From contig JBEOJY010000007.1 in the NCBI GenBank assembly GCA_040275305.1, forward strand, positions 795 through 64,794: a stretch of DNA of 64,000 nt, written 5' to 3'. This stretch comes from Bdellovibrionales bacterium (GTDB lineage Bacteria; Pseudomonadota; Alphaproteobacteria; UBA9219). How positions within the stretch are numbered: the stretch's first letter is position 1; every line of letters begins with the position of its first letter. Shown piece by piece: positions 41,145 through 51,976 of the stretch. Position numbers and translations under genes: made by a program. The notes below the pieces were generated by a model. The model searched no databases. It was not told where the DNA came from and worked only from the letters and a program-made list of their open reading frames with translations.

Positions 41145-42638
41145 CTATTTATCCTTCTTCTTGCTTACCGGTACCGCGACAAAGCGCAGATCATCCTTGC
41201 GGTTTATCAGGAGCAAGAGGGGCTTCCCATCTTTCTTGGCCTGCTTAGTCTGCTCCTGAAGATCCTTGATCGACTTGATCTCGTGCTGTGAAGCCTCCTG
41301 AATGACATCCCCAACGTCGATTCCCTGATCTACCGCCAGCCCATCCGGCGCGACATTCGTCACCACAGCGCCTTTAACGCCTTTGGCAACGCCAAAACGA
41401 TTGCGCAAAGAGTCGGTCAGCATAGCCACGCTGATACCAAGCCCTTCAACTTTCTCGGCATTTGGTGTTGCCTTGGCAGGACCGCCCTCCTTCTTTTCAG
41501 CAGCCTCCTCCTCAGCCTCGTCCTTAACCTGAAGCTCTCCCACCTTAACCTTCAAAACCAGTTCTCCGCCTTTGCGGAACACGCCGACATTGACGGTCTT
41601 GTCCACTTCCGTTTCAGCCACCATCAAGGGCAAGCGCCTCATATCTGGCACTTCTTTGCCGTCATAGGAAATGATCACGTCGCCCTGTTGAAGGCCCGCC
41701 TTGGCCGCAGGTCCATCGGATGTCAGACTAGAAACCAGAGCGCCACGCGCCCGATCCATTCCAAGCCCCTCGGCAATTTCCTGCGTCACCGACTGAATAT
41801 GGACACCGAGCCAACCCCGCCGGATATGCCCGTGATCGCGAAGCTGATCGGTAATATTCTTGGCCAACGAAGACGGTATAGCGAAACCGATCCCAATCGA
41901 CCCGCCCGACGGCGAGAAAATCGCCGTGTTAACGCCGACAACCTCGCCATCCATATTGAACATCGGTCCGCCCGAATTGCCACGGTTGATCGAAGCATCC
42001 GTCTGCAAATATTCGTCGTAAGGGCCAGAATTAATATCACGCGACCGCGCGGAAATAATACCCGCTGTCACAGTGCCGCCAAGACCATATGGATCGCCGA
42101 TGGCAATAATCCAGTCCCCTACGCGCACCTTATCGCTGTCCCCCCAAGTAACAAAAGGCAATAGCCTCTTGCTTTCAACCTTCAATATTGCCAAATCCGT
42201 CTTTTTGTCACGCCCCACAACCTGAGCAGGCAAATTTGTATCGTCATGCAGAATCACCGTAATCTCGTCCGCATCCTGAATAACGTGGTAATTCGTGACG
42301 ATGTAACCACTCGCATCGACAATGAATCCAGACCCCAAAGCCGTCGCCTTCTGCTTGCGCGCCGAACCTTTCTGCTTTTCCATAAAGTCCTTAAAGAACT
42401 GCTCAAAAGGCGACCCTGGAGGAATGCCGAGCTCCGCCATATCATCCTGATCCACGGAATGGGAATCCAGCATCTGCGTGGTAGAAATGTTAACGACCGC
42501 AGGCTGCAACCTTTCCGCCAAATCGGCAAAAGACTGCGGCCCGCTACGAGCCTGCGCAGACAATGGAGAAACCGCAAGCGCAATCAATAAAATCAGCACA
42601 ATACGGACAGACTTGCTCAATCGGCTGACAATCGACAT
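41145..42638 (-). CDS. degP: Periplasmic serine endoprotease DegP/HtrA family (two PDZ domains)
   Basis: Signal peptide. Trypsin-like catalytic triad context (GNSGGP). Two PDZ domains. Confidence 0.85.
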   Translation of the reverse strand: MSIVSRLSKSVRIVLILLIALAVSPLSAQARSGPQSFADLAERLQPAVVNISTTQMLDSHSVDQDDMAELGIPPGSPFEQFFKDFMEKQKGSARKQKATALGSGFIVDASGYIVTNYHVIQDADEITVILHDDTNLPAQVVGRDKKTDLAILKVESKRLLPFVTWGDSDKVRVGDWIIAIGDPYGLGGTVTAGIISARSRDINSGPYDEYLQTDASINRGNSGGPMFNMDGEVVGVNTAIFSPSGGSIGIGFAIPSSLAKNITDQLRDHGHIRRGWLGVHIQSVTQEIAEGLGMDRARGALVSSLTSDGPAAKAGLQQGDVIISYDGKEVPDMRRLPLMVAETEVDKTVNVGVFRKGGELVLKVKVGELQVKDEAEEEAAEKKEGGPAKATPNAEKVEGLGISVAMLTDSLRNRFGVAKGVKGAVVTNVAPDGLAVDQGIDVGDVIQEASQHEIKSIKDLQEQTKQAKKDGKPLLLLINRKDDLRFVAVPVSKKKDK

Positions 42639-42792
42639 GTCACTCCCCCTGCATGAATCCAAACAAACGGCATCCGCAAACATATGCAACAAACGATATT
42701 GATCCTACCCTGATTCCTTTCAAGACTTCATGACGAATTTATGACAAAAATTCAGTATACTCCGTGCGATTGAAAACCCGAAAAAGCTAAAA

Positions 42793-42838
42793 GGGCCGTC
42801 ATGCGAGGAGCCGAAGGCGACGCAGCAATCAACATCTG
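42793..42838. repeat. Half copy of a family-A MITE
   Basis: gggccgtcatgcgaggagccgaaggcgacgcagcaatc, lacking the partner arm. Confidence 0.5.
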
Positions 42839-42847
42839 CTCGCGAAA

Positions 42848-45313
42848 TCACTCATGATCGTCGGGCTTGCGCCCGAAAACCTCGCGCTTACCCATGGCAT
42901 TGGCAGGACCGATAACCCCTTCGCGTTCCATGCGCTCGATCAAGTTGGCGGCCTTGTTATAACCGATTTGAAGCTGCCGCTGCACAAAACTCGTGGACGC
43001 CTTGCGCTCGCGCAACACGACATCGACGGCCCGATCATAAAGTTCGTCTTGTGCGCCGCCAAAGCCGCCGCCCAAGCCCCCGCCAGCGCCAGACGATCCC
43101 ATCAAGTCGCCTTGCCCATCGTCTTCCGTCACTTCGTCCAGATATTCCGGCTCGCCCTGAGCGCGCAGGAAGTCAACAACTGACTTAACGTCATCATCGC
43201 TGACAAAAGGCCCGTGCACGCGCGTAATCCGCCCGCCGCCCGCCATATAGAGCATATCGCCCTGCCCCAAAAGCTGTTCAGCCCCTTGCTCGCCCAAAAT
43301 AGTGCGGCTATCGATCTTAGAAGTCACCTGAAAGCTAATCCGCGTTGGAAAATTAGCCTTAATCGTGCCCGTGATAACATCGACCGACGGCCTTTGCGTC
43401 GCCATCAGGATATGAATGCCCGCCGCGCGCGCCATTTGCGCGAGCCTCTGCACCGCCGTTTCAATCTCCTTGCCCGCCACGATCATCAGATCGGCCATTT
43501 CATCAACGATAACGACGATATACGGCAGCTCAGTCAGATCAAGCGGTTGATCCTCATAAATCGGCTTGCCCGTCTCGCGATCAAATCCAGTCTGCACGGT
43601 GCGCGTAAGGCTCTCGCCATTCTTCGCCGCGTCGACCAGCCGCATATTGTAGCCTTCGATATTGCGCACACCGAGCTTCGACATCGCGCGATAACGCTCT
43701 TCCATCTCGCGCACTGTCCACCGCAGCGCCATGATCGCCTTCTTCGGCTCCGTCACCACCGGAGCCAGAAGATGTGGAATCCTGTCATAGACAGACAGCT
43801 CCAGCATCTTGGGATCGACCATGATGAAACGGCACTTCTGCGGCGGTAAATGATAAATCAACGACAAAATCATAGTGTTGATCGCAACGGACTTGCCCGA
43901 TCCTGTCGTACCTGCGATCAACAAGTGAGGCATTCGGGCAAGATCGACCACCACCGGCCTGCCACCAATGTCCTTGCCCAGCACAAGCGGCAACGTAGCC
44001 TTGCTGTTATGATAGTCGGGCGTGCTCAACAGATCCCGCAAAAAGACCGTCTCGCGCCGCGTGTTGGGTAGCTCGATGCCGATAACATTACGCCCCGGCA
44101 CAGTCGCCACGCGCACGGATGTCGCGCGCATGTTGCGCGAAATATCATCCGCAAGGGATATGACTCGAGTTGCGCGGGTGCCCGGCGCAGGTTCCAACTC
44201 GTATAATGTGACAACCGGCCCAGGATTGATATTCGTAATCGCGCCGTTAACGCCAAAGTCGCCCAGCACAGCCTCAAGTTGCTTAGCGTTCTTGACCAGC
44301 GTATCCTCGGAAATTGCCGACACGGCGCGAGCGCTTTCCGGCCATTGCAGCAAATCGAGCGGCGGCAAAGGAGGCTCCCGCTCTTGTCCCAGCGCCAAAC
44401 GGCCCTGTCGCGCCGAAGCCGCCGCGCGACGCACAAGCTGCGTCCGCGACTTCTTGCGCTTCTCGCCAGAATCGCCAGTTGTTGGAACGTCTTGCTGAGT
44501 TGAAACATCCTCCTCCTCATCCTCCGCCACAGCGTCTTTCTTGACGGTCTGTATCTTTCGCCGCTCTTGCCCAACCTCCGGGCCATCTTCCTGAACGAAC
44601 CCATCGTCTTCGGCATCATCCACAGGTTTACGCAAGAAGGACAGAGCGCCCACAATGCCTAACGCAGCCGCCTGAATGCGCGCCCAAGCCCATTGGGCAG
44701 ACTCTTTCAACATATTGGCAATCGCCTGCCACTCGCTCAAAGTCAACGCGCATGCCACATACATCATGCCAACAGCAATCAAGGTCAAAAGCGACAACAA
44801 GATTCCGCGTAACCACAAAGCGGACAAAACCGCCGTGGCGCTTTGCGCCAAAACGCTGCCCAAAGCGCCCGAAGCCTGAGCGGCCAGCTTCCACCCCATC
44901 ATACCAACCACGGCAAAGCTCGTTGCGCAGGCCAACATTGCAAGCACGGCGGCAATGACGCGCCAATGAATCAACTCCAGCTTCTGATCGACCGCTAACC
45001 GCCAGCCCCACGCGACCAAAACGGGCGCCAGAAGAAATCCGCTGACGCCAAAAAGTTGCCAAAGCGGATCAGCGGCATAGCTGCCCAACAAACCCAGCAT
45101 ATTTTGCGGTATCGCAGTCGCGGTCGCCGTGTTCCATGAAGGATCGCGAGGCGTATAGCTGACCAACGCGAGAACAAGCGCCAGCGCGACAAGCATAACG
45201 GCAACGCCACCGATGACCCCCAGCGCCTTCCCGATCGCAGCGCGAAAATTGTCGGGAAGCCAGACGGAACGGCTATTACGGCTGCGCGCAGAGCGAATGA
45301 CGGGGCGAGACAT
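42848..45313 (-). CDS. ftsK: DNA translocase FtsK
   Basis: N-terminal transmembrane helices, a Pro/Glu-rich linker, a motor domain with Walker A GTTGSGKS, and a C-terminal gamma winged-helix domain. Confidence 0.9.
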   Translation of the reverse strand: MSRPVIRSARSRNSRSVWLPDNFRAAIGKALGVIGGVAVMLVALALVLALVSYTPRDPSWNTATATAIPQNMLGLLGSYAADPLWQLFGVSGFLLAPVLVAWGWRLAVDQKLELIHWRVIAAVLAMLACATSFAVVGMMGWKLAAQASGALGSVLAQSATAVLSALWLRGILLSLLTLIAVGMMYVACALTLSEWQAIANMLKESAQWAWARIQAAALGIVGALSFLRKPVDDAEDDGFVQEDGPEVGQERRKIQTVKKDAVAEDEEEDVSTQQDVPTTGDSGEKRKKSRTQLVRRAAASARQGRLALGQEREPPLPPLDLLQWPESARAVSAISEDTLVKNAKQLEAVLGDFGVNGAITNINPGPVVTLYELEPAPGTRATRVISLADDISRNMRATSVRVATVPGRNVIGIELPNTRRETVFLRDLLSTPDYHNSKATLPLVLGKDIGGRPVVVDLARMPHLLIAGTTGSGKSVAINTMILSLIYHLPPQKCRFIMVDPKMLELSVYDRIPHLLAPVVTEPKKAIMALRWTVREMEERYRAMSKLGVRNIEGYNMRLVDAAKNGESLTRTVQTGFDRETGKPIYEDQPLDLTELPYIVVIVDEMADLMIVAGKEIETAVQRLAQMARAAGIHILMATQRPSVDVITGTIKANFPTRISFQVTSKIDSRTILGEQGAEQLLGQGDMLYMAGGGRITRVHGPFVSDDDVKSVVDFLRAQGEPEYLDEVTEDDGQGDLMGSSGAGGGLGGGFGGAQDELYDRAVDVVLRERKASTSFVQRQLQIGYNKAANLIERMEREGVIGPANAMGKREVFGRKPDDHE

Positions 45314-45469
45314 GGATCAAAATCTATGGAATCTATCAAGGAAAAGAGTGAAGCATCCCTGTATACAACATCAAGCCCCTGATTGCCGAATCAAAAACCA
45401 GCCGATGCCTAAATGTAAGGTATACTCATAACAGTTCAAGAGTTGGGAGTAGCCAAAACGTCAGCGCGA

Positions 45470-45565
45470 TCTAATTCCCTCCCCCTTGCGGGGAGGGAAT
45501 CCAGCCTGTCTTGCGTCAATGTTTGCCAACTCTTCACATGCGATAGGTAGAACTCTAAGGTAATG
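45470..45565. repeat. GC-rich hairpin repeat (ccctcccccttgcggggaggg) adjacent to a family-C end (caatgtttgccaactcttcacatgcgatagg)
   Basis: The same hairpin appears at 51795-51820 and 61150-61175. The adjacent sequence resembles the terminal repeats of the element nested at 51750-51895. Confidence 0.5.
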
Positions 45566-45644
45566 AGAAGTCTTCAGGGAAACGACGACCTGCCCCCCCT
45601 TTGAGGAAATAAATCGCGACGGCTTGGCAGTTACAACGTAAGAT

Positions 45645-46598
45645 TTACGCAAGCGCCTGCTGACGCGCTTCAACCTCAATCTCATGCTCCTGAGCGATTT
45701 CAACGACCCTCGCCAGCGCTCGATCCGCCCCATGAACGTCATTCGCGATTTCGCGCTCTACCGTAACAGCCTCCAGCGTGCCGCGAGCCTTGACCGTCAC
45801 CAGCTCAAGCAATTTGCCCGAAGACGAAAAGCAGCCGCAAATAAGATCGCCGCCGCGCCCACACCCGCCGTCCAGCGTCACGGAAACATCATCGACGAAC
45901 AACCCGCCATTAACCGAATCGAACCCGCGAACGATTCTGTTGAAACCGCTCGCATTGCGTCCCGTCACACGGAACGGCGCGGAAGTCCACCATAAGGCCT
46001 CCCCTTGATCGTCCAACGAGCGCGTGGCATCAAATCCCGCAGGAACAAACAACACGCGCTTCTGGTCGCCCGATATGCGTGTAAAAGCTGCCCGCCGCAT
46101 GCTGCACACAAGCGCCTCATGCCCCGGCGCGTTGCGCTGCATCGCACGCAAATGATTGGTCCAGCGCGTAATCGCCATACTTCCCGCGCGCGCCATTGAC
46201 TTGGTATCGTTGACGCTTACCCCATAAAGGCGCAACCACGCCTCGACCCCGGAAGCCAGAGCGCGTTCCAAAGCATGCAAAGGCACTGGCGCAAACTGAA
46301 GACGCAACAAGCGCTGCCATGCCTCTTCCGCTGGTCCACGCAAATAAACAATGTCCGAAGGTTCAAGTCCCATCTTGGCCAACAAAGCCGCCCGAAACGC
46401 CAACAGCTCATCGAAAAGATCGGCGTTACCGCGCGACTCGGCCCCGAAATAGTTGCCAAGATAAACAAGCCTGTCGCGCACAGCAAAACGCGGCGCGATG
46501 TAGTCGTGAAGCTTGGACAGCCTCTCCACTTCGCCGTGTATTGCCGCTATCGCCCAGATGCGGCGTGAAATTCCCAGTTCTGCGTATTTTTCGTTCAC
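45645..46598 (-). CDS. Calcineurin-like metallophosphoesterase homolog with substituted metal-binding motifs (probable pseudo-enzyme)
   Basis: Motif positions carry AIAAIHGE where GDxHG is expected, YLGNYFGAE where GDxxDRG is expected, and RGPAEE where GNHE is expected. Confidence 0.5.
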   Translation of the reverse strand: MNEKYAELGISRRIWAIAAIHGEVERLSKLHDYIAPRFAVRDRLVYLGNYFGAESRGNADLFDELLAFRAALLAKMGLEPSDIVYLRGPAEEAWQRLLRLQFAPVPLHALERALASGVEAWLRLYGVSVNDTKSMARAGSMAITRWTNHLRAMQRNAPGHEALVCSMRRAAFTRISGDQKRVLFVPAGFDATRSLDDQGEALWWTSAPFRVTGRNASGFNRIVRGFDSVNGGLFVDDVSVTLDGGCGRGGDLICGCFSSSGKLLELVTVKARGTLEAVTVEREIANDVHGADRALARVVEIAQEHEIEVEARQQALA

Positions 46599-46735
46599 GT
46601 AAGGACACCCCGCGAATCAAATAAAGGGCCTGCCTAGTGAACACGACTCAACCTTCTGATGCAACAATTCGATTAAGGATTCGTAAAAAAAATTACCCTG
46701 CTCTATGAAAGAGAAGAGCCAAAAGCCACACGCAG

Positions 46736-48133
46736 CTAAGAGCCTGTCTCGATTCGCGCGACCAGTTCCCGCACGGTTGGAATAAATCCATTTTCGTACC
46801 ACGGATCCTCGGCGAACCGATAGGCGTTGTGCCCTGCGAACATAAGCTGCGACTCGACATCGCCATCATGGCTGATGTTCTGCAAAGTCTTTTGGATGCA
46901 GAAAGAACGTGGATCGGGCTTGCGCCCTGTCGTGCCTTCCTCGTTTTGCGCCCAGTTCGAGAAATGGCAAGCCGAAAGACACCCCATGCACCCTATCTGA
47001 TCGTTTAGAATCTGCTGAGCTCTTTCCGTAGTCACAAAAATCAAGGTGTTATCCGGCGTTCTCATCGCGCGAATGAAACCTGAATCGATCCAAGCTTTCG
47101 CGCGCGCCATATCTCCTGAGGCGAGATATACTGGCTTGCCTACGGCCCCAACCTGAAATGGCACCATATGGGTGCCCAACGGCTCAAGAGCGTAAGCTAT
47201 CTGCCGATCCGAACGCTCGCGCAACTCCTGCATAAACGGATTGTTGACGGCAGACGAGTAGAATCCCGTCGGCGAAAAGTGATTCAAAAACACATCGCCT
47301 TTCTTGAGAGACAAAAGCCGCTTCTTCCAAGCGTTAGAAATTGGACTCTCCTGCGTCAGCAAAGGCCGAGTCCCGAACTGAAAGGCAATCGGCCCAATTT
47401 CCGGGTTATCGAGCCAATGCTCCCATTCCGAAAGCCACCACACGCCCCCCGCCATGATGATGGGAACCTCATCAAGACCCCATTGCTTCATCATCGCGCG
47501 CAACGCCGCGACACGGGGGTAAGGATCTTCTGGTTTGACCGGATCTTCGCTGTTGGAAAGACCGTTATGACCGCCAGCAAGCCACGGATCTTCATAAACG
47601 ACCGCGCCCAGCCATTCTCGATGTTTATGAAAAGCCCGCAGCCACAAAGCGCGAAACGCGCGCGCGGACGAAACGATAGGATAATAATAGATATGATAGG
47701 ATGCAGCGATCTCTGCGACTTTATAGGGCATGCCAGCCCCGCAGGTAACGCCATGAATCAATCCCTTCGCGCCCTGCAAAACGCCTTGCAAGACGCGCTC
47801 GGCGCCCCCCATTTCCCACAGCACATTCATATGCAGACGGCCCCTGCCGCCAGCAATTTCATAAGCCTTCCGCGCTTGAGTGATGCCGCCGCGAATAGCA
47901 AAAGCGACCAATTCCTCATGCCGTTCGAGTCGCGTGCGCCCTCTATAGACTTGTGAAAGCAACTTGCCATCGGCATCATAGCTGTCGGCATTTACGCCTG
48001 AAAATGTGCCAACGCCGCCAGCCGCCGCCCATGCGCCGGAGCTTTCTCCATTAGAAACAGAAATTCCCTTGCCTCCCTCCACCACAGGAAGAACCTCAGC
48101 TCCAGAAATCTTCAAGGGCTTAAGAGTTTTCAC
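46736..48133 (-). CDS. Nitronate monooxygenase / 2-nitropropane dioxygenase-family flavoprotein (long form)
   Basis: 465 aa with Gly-rich FMN-binding segments (GVTCGAGMP..., IMAGGVW). Confidence 0.6.
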   Translation of the reverse strand: MKTLKPLKISGAEVLPVVEGGKGISVSNGESSGAWAAAGGVGTFSGVNADSYDADGKLLSQVYRGRTRLERHEELVAFAIRGGITQARKAYEIAGGRGRLHMNVLWEMGGAERVLQGVLQGAKGLIHGVTCGAGMPYKVAEIAASYHIYYYPIVSSARAFRALWLRAFHKHREWLGAVVYEDPWLAGGHNGLSNSEDPVKPEDPYPRVAALRAMMKQWGLDEVPIIMAGGVWWLSEWEHWLDNPEIGPIAFQFGTRPLLTQESPISNAWKKRLLSLKKGDVFLNHFSPTGFYSSAVNNPFMQELRERSDRQIAYALEPLGTHMVPFQVGAVGKPVYLASGDMARAKAWIDSGFIRAMRTPDNTLIFVTTERAQQILNDQIGCMGCLSACHFSNWAQNEEGTTGRKPDPRSFCIQKTLQNISHDGDVESQLMFAGHNAYRFAEDPWYENGFIPTVRELVARIETGS

Positions 48134-48315
48134 GCGCTTTATCCTTTCGGTTCAAATTATTAATAACATGTATAGACTATGCAACAGTCCCTCGCCAGCA
48201 TCTTCGTGACAGCAAAGCAAAAAGCCTGCGCAAATTAGAATCATTGCTTCCGTCCCTCTTGCGTTTCGCTCACTCACAGGACATTCTGTGCCCCTCTTCT
48301 TGATGATCGGCCTTC

Positions 48316-51300
48316 ATGCGCAGATTCCTGCCGACGCTATCCATCCTCCTGATGGGGATTTTGATATATTCCTGCTGTATGACGAATACGGCAAGGGCCG
48401 AGTCTGCCCCGCCTGCCAAAAAAGTTGATGAGGTGCAAATACGGACGGGCGCGCATACCGCCTATGACCGAATCGTTTTCGACTGGCCCATAAAAGTCGG
48501 CTACGCTTTACGCCGCGAGGACGCAAGCGTGAGCGTAGTTTTCGAGTCAACCGTCAGGTTCCGGCAAACGGCAATAGAAAAACTCACGCGCGTCCAAGAA
48601 TTCTCCAGCCGGGAATCTGGCGACAACCAGACGGAAGTAACCTGGAAAGTTGATCCCAATAGCGTCGTCAAGCACTTCGTCAACGAACGCTCTATCGTCG
48701 TGGATATCGAGGGAAAGCCCGTTCCAAAAGCGACAACAAGCAACGCGCCCGCGCAACAAACCGAACACCCCCCCCCCACCAAACAAGCTGAGGCGGAACC
48801 GAAAACGAACGCTCAAGAATTAGCAACACCAACAATCGAAAAAGAGCCTGCTTCCGCGCCCTCCGCCACGGCGCAACCTGCGTCGCCTCCCCCGATCACG
48901 CAACCGACGGCCACGCCGGAAATAACTGCGCAACCGTCTTCGACCATAGAGCAAAGCGCTTCAGAACCTGAAAAAACTGCGCAAGACAAGCCCCATCCCC
49001 CTTCTGTGCCCTTCCCGGCGCCAGCCTTGCTGACGCATGCCATACCCCCGCCTGTCACAACGCCAAACAATTTTCCTCCCGCGCCGAAAATTGCCATAGG
49101 ATCGGCGCCGATCCTTGTTGCCTCGCTAAACCCCCAAACATCGGCTCGCGCCGCAGTATGGCAAAGAGCAGGTTACGGATACATTGTCTTCGACCGCCAG
49201 TTCTCGCTGGATTTAGCGACCCTCATGGCGGAACAACCTCCGGCGCGCGTTGCGCTCGAACCGCTGCCGGGCATAAAATTTTCCGGCTACCGCTTCCGTA
49301 TGCCCTACGATGCGCTCTTGCTTGCGCAACGCGAGGATTCAATCTGGAAACTTTTCATCACGCGAAAAAAACCGGATGTCCCTGTCAGCACGGCGCTCGT
49401 CGCGCAACCTGACTTCGCGCTCGGCGCGCGCATGATTCTGCCCTTGCCTGATGCGCCGGAATCCATACGCATGACTGACCCCGTGGTGGGAGACGAAATC
49501 ATCGTTGTTCCGCTTGAACGCGCCGAAATCTTTGGCGTTAAACGCCGTATGGCCGATCTTGAAATTCTTCCGGCGGCTCAAGGATTAATCGTCAAGCCCG
49601 TAACGGACAAAATTCTGGTTCGCAAAGTGCCGGACGGCATCGAGATCACGGCGGAAGGAGGACTCCAGCTTTCGCGCGCGGTCGACACCGGCGCAGCCCA
49701 ACGCTCGGCGAACCGCTCGCGCATGATAGCCGCAGGTAAATCCCTGTTTGATTTTTCCACATGGCAAGGCAAGCCCACGGAAACATTCACCGTGGCGCGG
49801 CAACGCCTCCAACAAGCGATTGTCGACGTTCCCGAAACCGAACGCAACCGCGCCAGACTCGAACTCGCCAGATTCTACTTCGCGCGCGGCTATGGGCACG
49901 AAGCTTTGGCCATCCTGAACTGGCTCGGCAAACAAATGCCTGACCTCAAGGCGCATGCCGATTTTGTTGCGCTATCTGGGGCCGCAAAAATTCTGGCCGG
50001 ACGCGCGGCGGAAGGATTGCGGGAACTCGATTCAAACTTGTTCGTCAACCAGCCGGAAATCGCGCTGTGGCAAGCCGTCGCATTGGCGGAAATGCGCGAT
50101 TGGAATGGAGCGGAAGAACGCTTCGTCATCGTGCAGCCGATGCTAGCCAGTTACCCGGAGCCTTTCTTCTCGCGCTTTTCTACCCTCGCCGTTGAATCGG
50201 CTCTCGCCACAGATAAGAGCCGTGAGGCCGCCGAATGGCTCGAACTGCTACTCAGCAATTCGCGCCCGGAAAACCGCAACGAAGCGGCGATCGAATATCT
50301 GCGCGGCGCCATCCATGCCAGAGCGAACAGGTACAACATGGCCGAACAAGCCTGGAACGCGGCGACCTCAATGCGCGACCACCTATACAAGATCCGCGCG
50401 GAACTAGCGCTGATCGACCTCCACATCGCGAACAAAACGCTGGCCCCGGCAAAAGCCGCAAATCGTCTGGAATCCCTCCGCTTCGCATGGCGCGGAGACG
50501 ATCTCGAAGTCGACATCCTGCACAGGCTCGAACAATACTATCTTCAGGCCGACAACATCAAAATGGCCCTCAATACCCTCAGCCGCGTACAGGATCTCTT
50601 CCCGGACAGCGCCTACGTGCCGCAAATGCAAGGAGAAATGGCGCAAATTTTCCGCGATATTTTTCTAGGCGATCTAGGCGCGAAGATATCTCCTTTGGAA
50701 GCCCTGACATATTATCAGCAATACAGAAACCTGATGCCCTCTGGCGAGAAGGGCATCGCCGTCATGCGCATTCTGGCAGAAAGGCTTGTAGCCGTCGATC
50801 TGCTGGAACAAGCCGGAGATATCCTCGACGACCTTGCGCGCAACAAGCTTCAAGGAGAAGACAAAATTCATGTTGCCACAAGGCTCGCAGCCATCAGACT
50901 TCTCGACGGTAAACCCGACAAGGCCGTGGCAGCCCTTGATTTGGTAAAAGACAGCGGCGGTAACGCCGAATCTCTGGGCGAACGCATGCTGCTTCGCGCC
51001 AAAGCGCAATCTGAAATGCGTAAATACGACGAAGCGATTGAACTGCTGCGCGACCAAAACAGCCAGCCCACAAAAATATTACGCGCGGAAATCGCGATGA
51101 AGGGGCAGAAATGGCCAGATGCGGCAAAGTATTTGCTTCAGCTAATAGGCCCGCCGCCCACTGAAAAAACGCCCCTTTCGCGCGAGCAGGCCTCTCAATT
51201 AATCAACGCAGCCATCGCCATGGCATTGTCCGGCGACACCAACGCCATTGATCAATTGGCCATAGACTACGGCCCTGCCATGGACAAAACGCCGCAAAGC

Positions 51301-51582
51301 GACACGTTCCGCGTATTGACGCAACCCGATAAGCTGGGCCAACTGCAAGATCTTGCAGACGTGCAGTCGCGCCTCACTGATCTTGATATGTTTCAAGGAT
51401 TCCTAAACGTCTATCGTAAACCAGAAACGCGAGCTGATACCGGAACGGCCCCTCAAGAAGTCAAACCTCCGGCTAAAAATTCCGCTCCGCAAATTTCTCC
51501 GCCAAGCCTCGCCCAGACAGAAACCAATAAAATTCCCGAACACAAGCCCGCGCTTGAGCCGGAAAAATCAACAAAACACTGA
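48316..51582 (+). CDS. Large periplasmic protein: signal peptide, AMIN-like beta domain, Pro-rich linker, second beta domain and C-terminal TPR repeats
   Basis: 1088 aa. An N-terminal AMIN-like segment (IRTGAHTAYDRIVFDWPIKVGYALRREDASVSVVFE). A Pro/Ala/Thr-rich region at 450-800 nt of the ORF. The C-terminal half has multiple TPR-like helix pairs. Confidence 0.6.
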   Translation: MRRFLPTLSILLMGILIYSCCMTNTARAESAPPAKKVDEVQIRTGAHTAYDRIVFDWPIKVGYALRREDASVSVVFESTVRFRQTAIEKLTRVQEFSSRESGDNQTEVTWKVDPNSVVKHFVNERSIVVDIEGKPVPKATTSNAPAQQTEHPPPTKQAEAEPKTNAQELATPTIEKEPASAPSATAQPASPPPITQPTATPEITAQPSSTIEQSASEPEKTAQDKPHPPSVPFPAPALLTHAIPPPVTTPNNFPPAPKIAIGSAPILVASLNPQTSARAAVWQRAGYGYIVFDRQFSLDLATLMAEQPPARVALEPLPGIKFSGYRFRMPYDALLLAQREDSIWKLFITRKKPDVPVSTALVAQPDFALGARMILPLPDAPESIRMTDPVVGDEIIVVPLERAEIFGVKRRMADLEILPAAQGLIVKPVTDKILVRKVPDGIEITAEGGLQLSRAVDTGAAQRSANRSRMIAAGKSLFDFSTWQGKPTETFTVARQRLQQAIVDVPETERNRARLELARFYFARGYGHEALAILNWLGKQMPDLKAHADFVALSGAAKILAGRAAEGLRELDSNLFVNQPEIALWQAVALAEMRDWNGAEERFVIVQPMLASYPEPFFSRFSTLAVESALATDKSREAAEWLELLLSNSRPENRNEAAIEYLRGAIHARANRYNMAEQAWNAATSMRDHLYKIRAELALIDLHIANKTLAPAKAANRLESLRFAWRGDDLEVDILHRLEQYYLQADNIKMALNTLSRVQDLFPDSAYVPQMQGEMAQIFRDIFLGDLGAKISPLEALTYYQQYRNLMPSGEKGIAVMRILAERLVAVDLLEQAGDILDDLARNKLQGEDKIHVATRLAAIRLLDGKPDKAVAALDLVKDSGGNAESLGERMLLRAKAQSEMRKYDEAIELLRDQNSQPTKILRAEIAMKGQKWPDAAKYLLQLIGPPPTEKTPLSREQASQLINAAIAMALSGDTNAIDQLAIDYGPAMDKTPQSDTFRVLTQPDKLGQLQDLADVQSRLTDLDMFQGFLNVYRKPETRADTGTAPQEVKPPAKNSAPQISPPSLAQTETNKIPEHKPALEPEKSTKH

Positions 51583-51664
51583 GAGTCAAAAAAACGTATA
51601 GGCGGCCATTAAACGCGACACCCAAACCGACTTCTGGACATGAGCAGACAAACATTCAGGAAAG

Positions 51665-51925
51665 GACCGTCATTGCGAGGAGTTTTCCGCTCGCAAGGCG
51701 GAAAGCAACGCGGCAATCCAGAATTGCAAGCGCGGCCCTCTGTATACCAATCGCACATCAAGGGTTGGGGAACCGTTGCCAAAAAGACAGGCGCGACTCC
51801 CTCGCCCCCGTGAGGGGGAGAGGGGCTTTACGCCACGCTTGCCGCAATGTTATCCCAACTCTTGATGTGCGATTGGTATAGTTCTGGATTGCCGCGTCGC
51901 CTGCGGCTCCTCGCGCAATGATGCC
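51665..51925. repeat. Family-A MITE interrupted by a nested family-C element (terminal repeats ccaatcgcacatcaagggttggg / cccaactcttgatgtgcgattgg) that itself carries a GC hairpin
   Basis: Element-within-element structure can be read directly. Outer arms: gtcattgcgaggag ... ctcctcgcgcaatga. Confidence 0.65.
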
Positions 51926-51976
51926 CTTACCACGATGAGTGCCTAGGCAACCCTAATGAACGGCTTGAAAGTAGCC

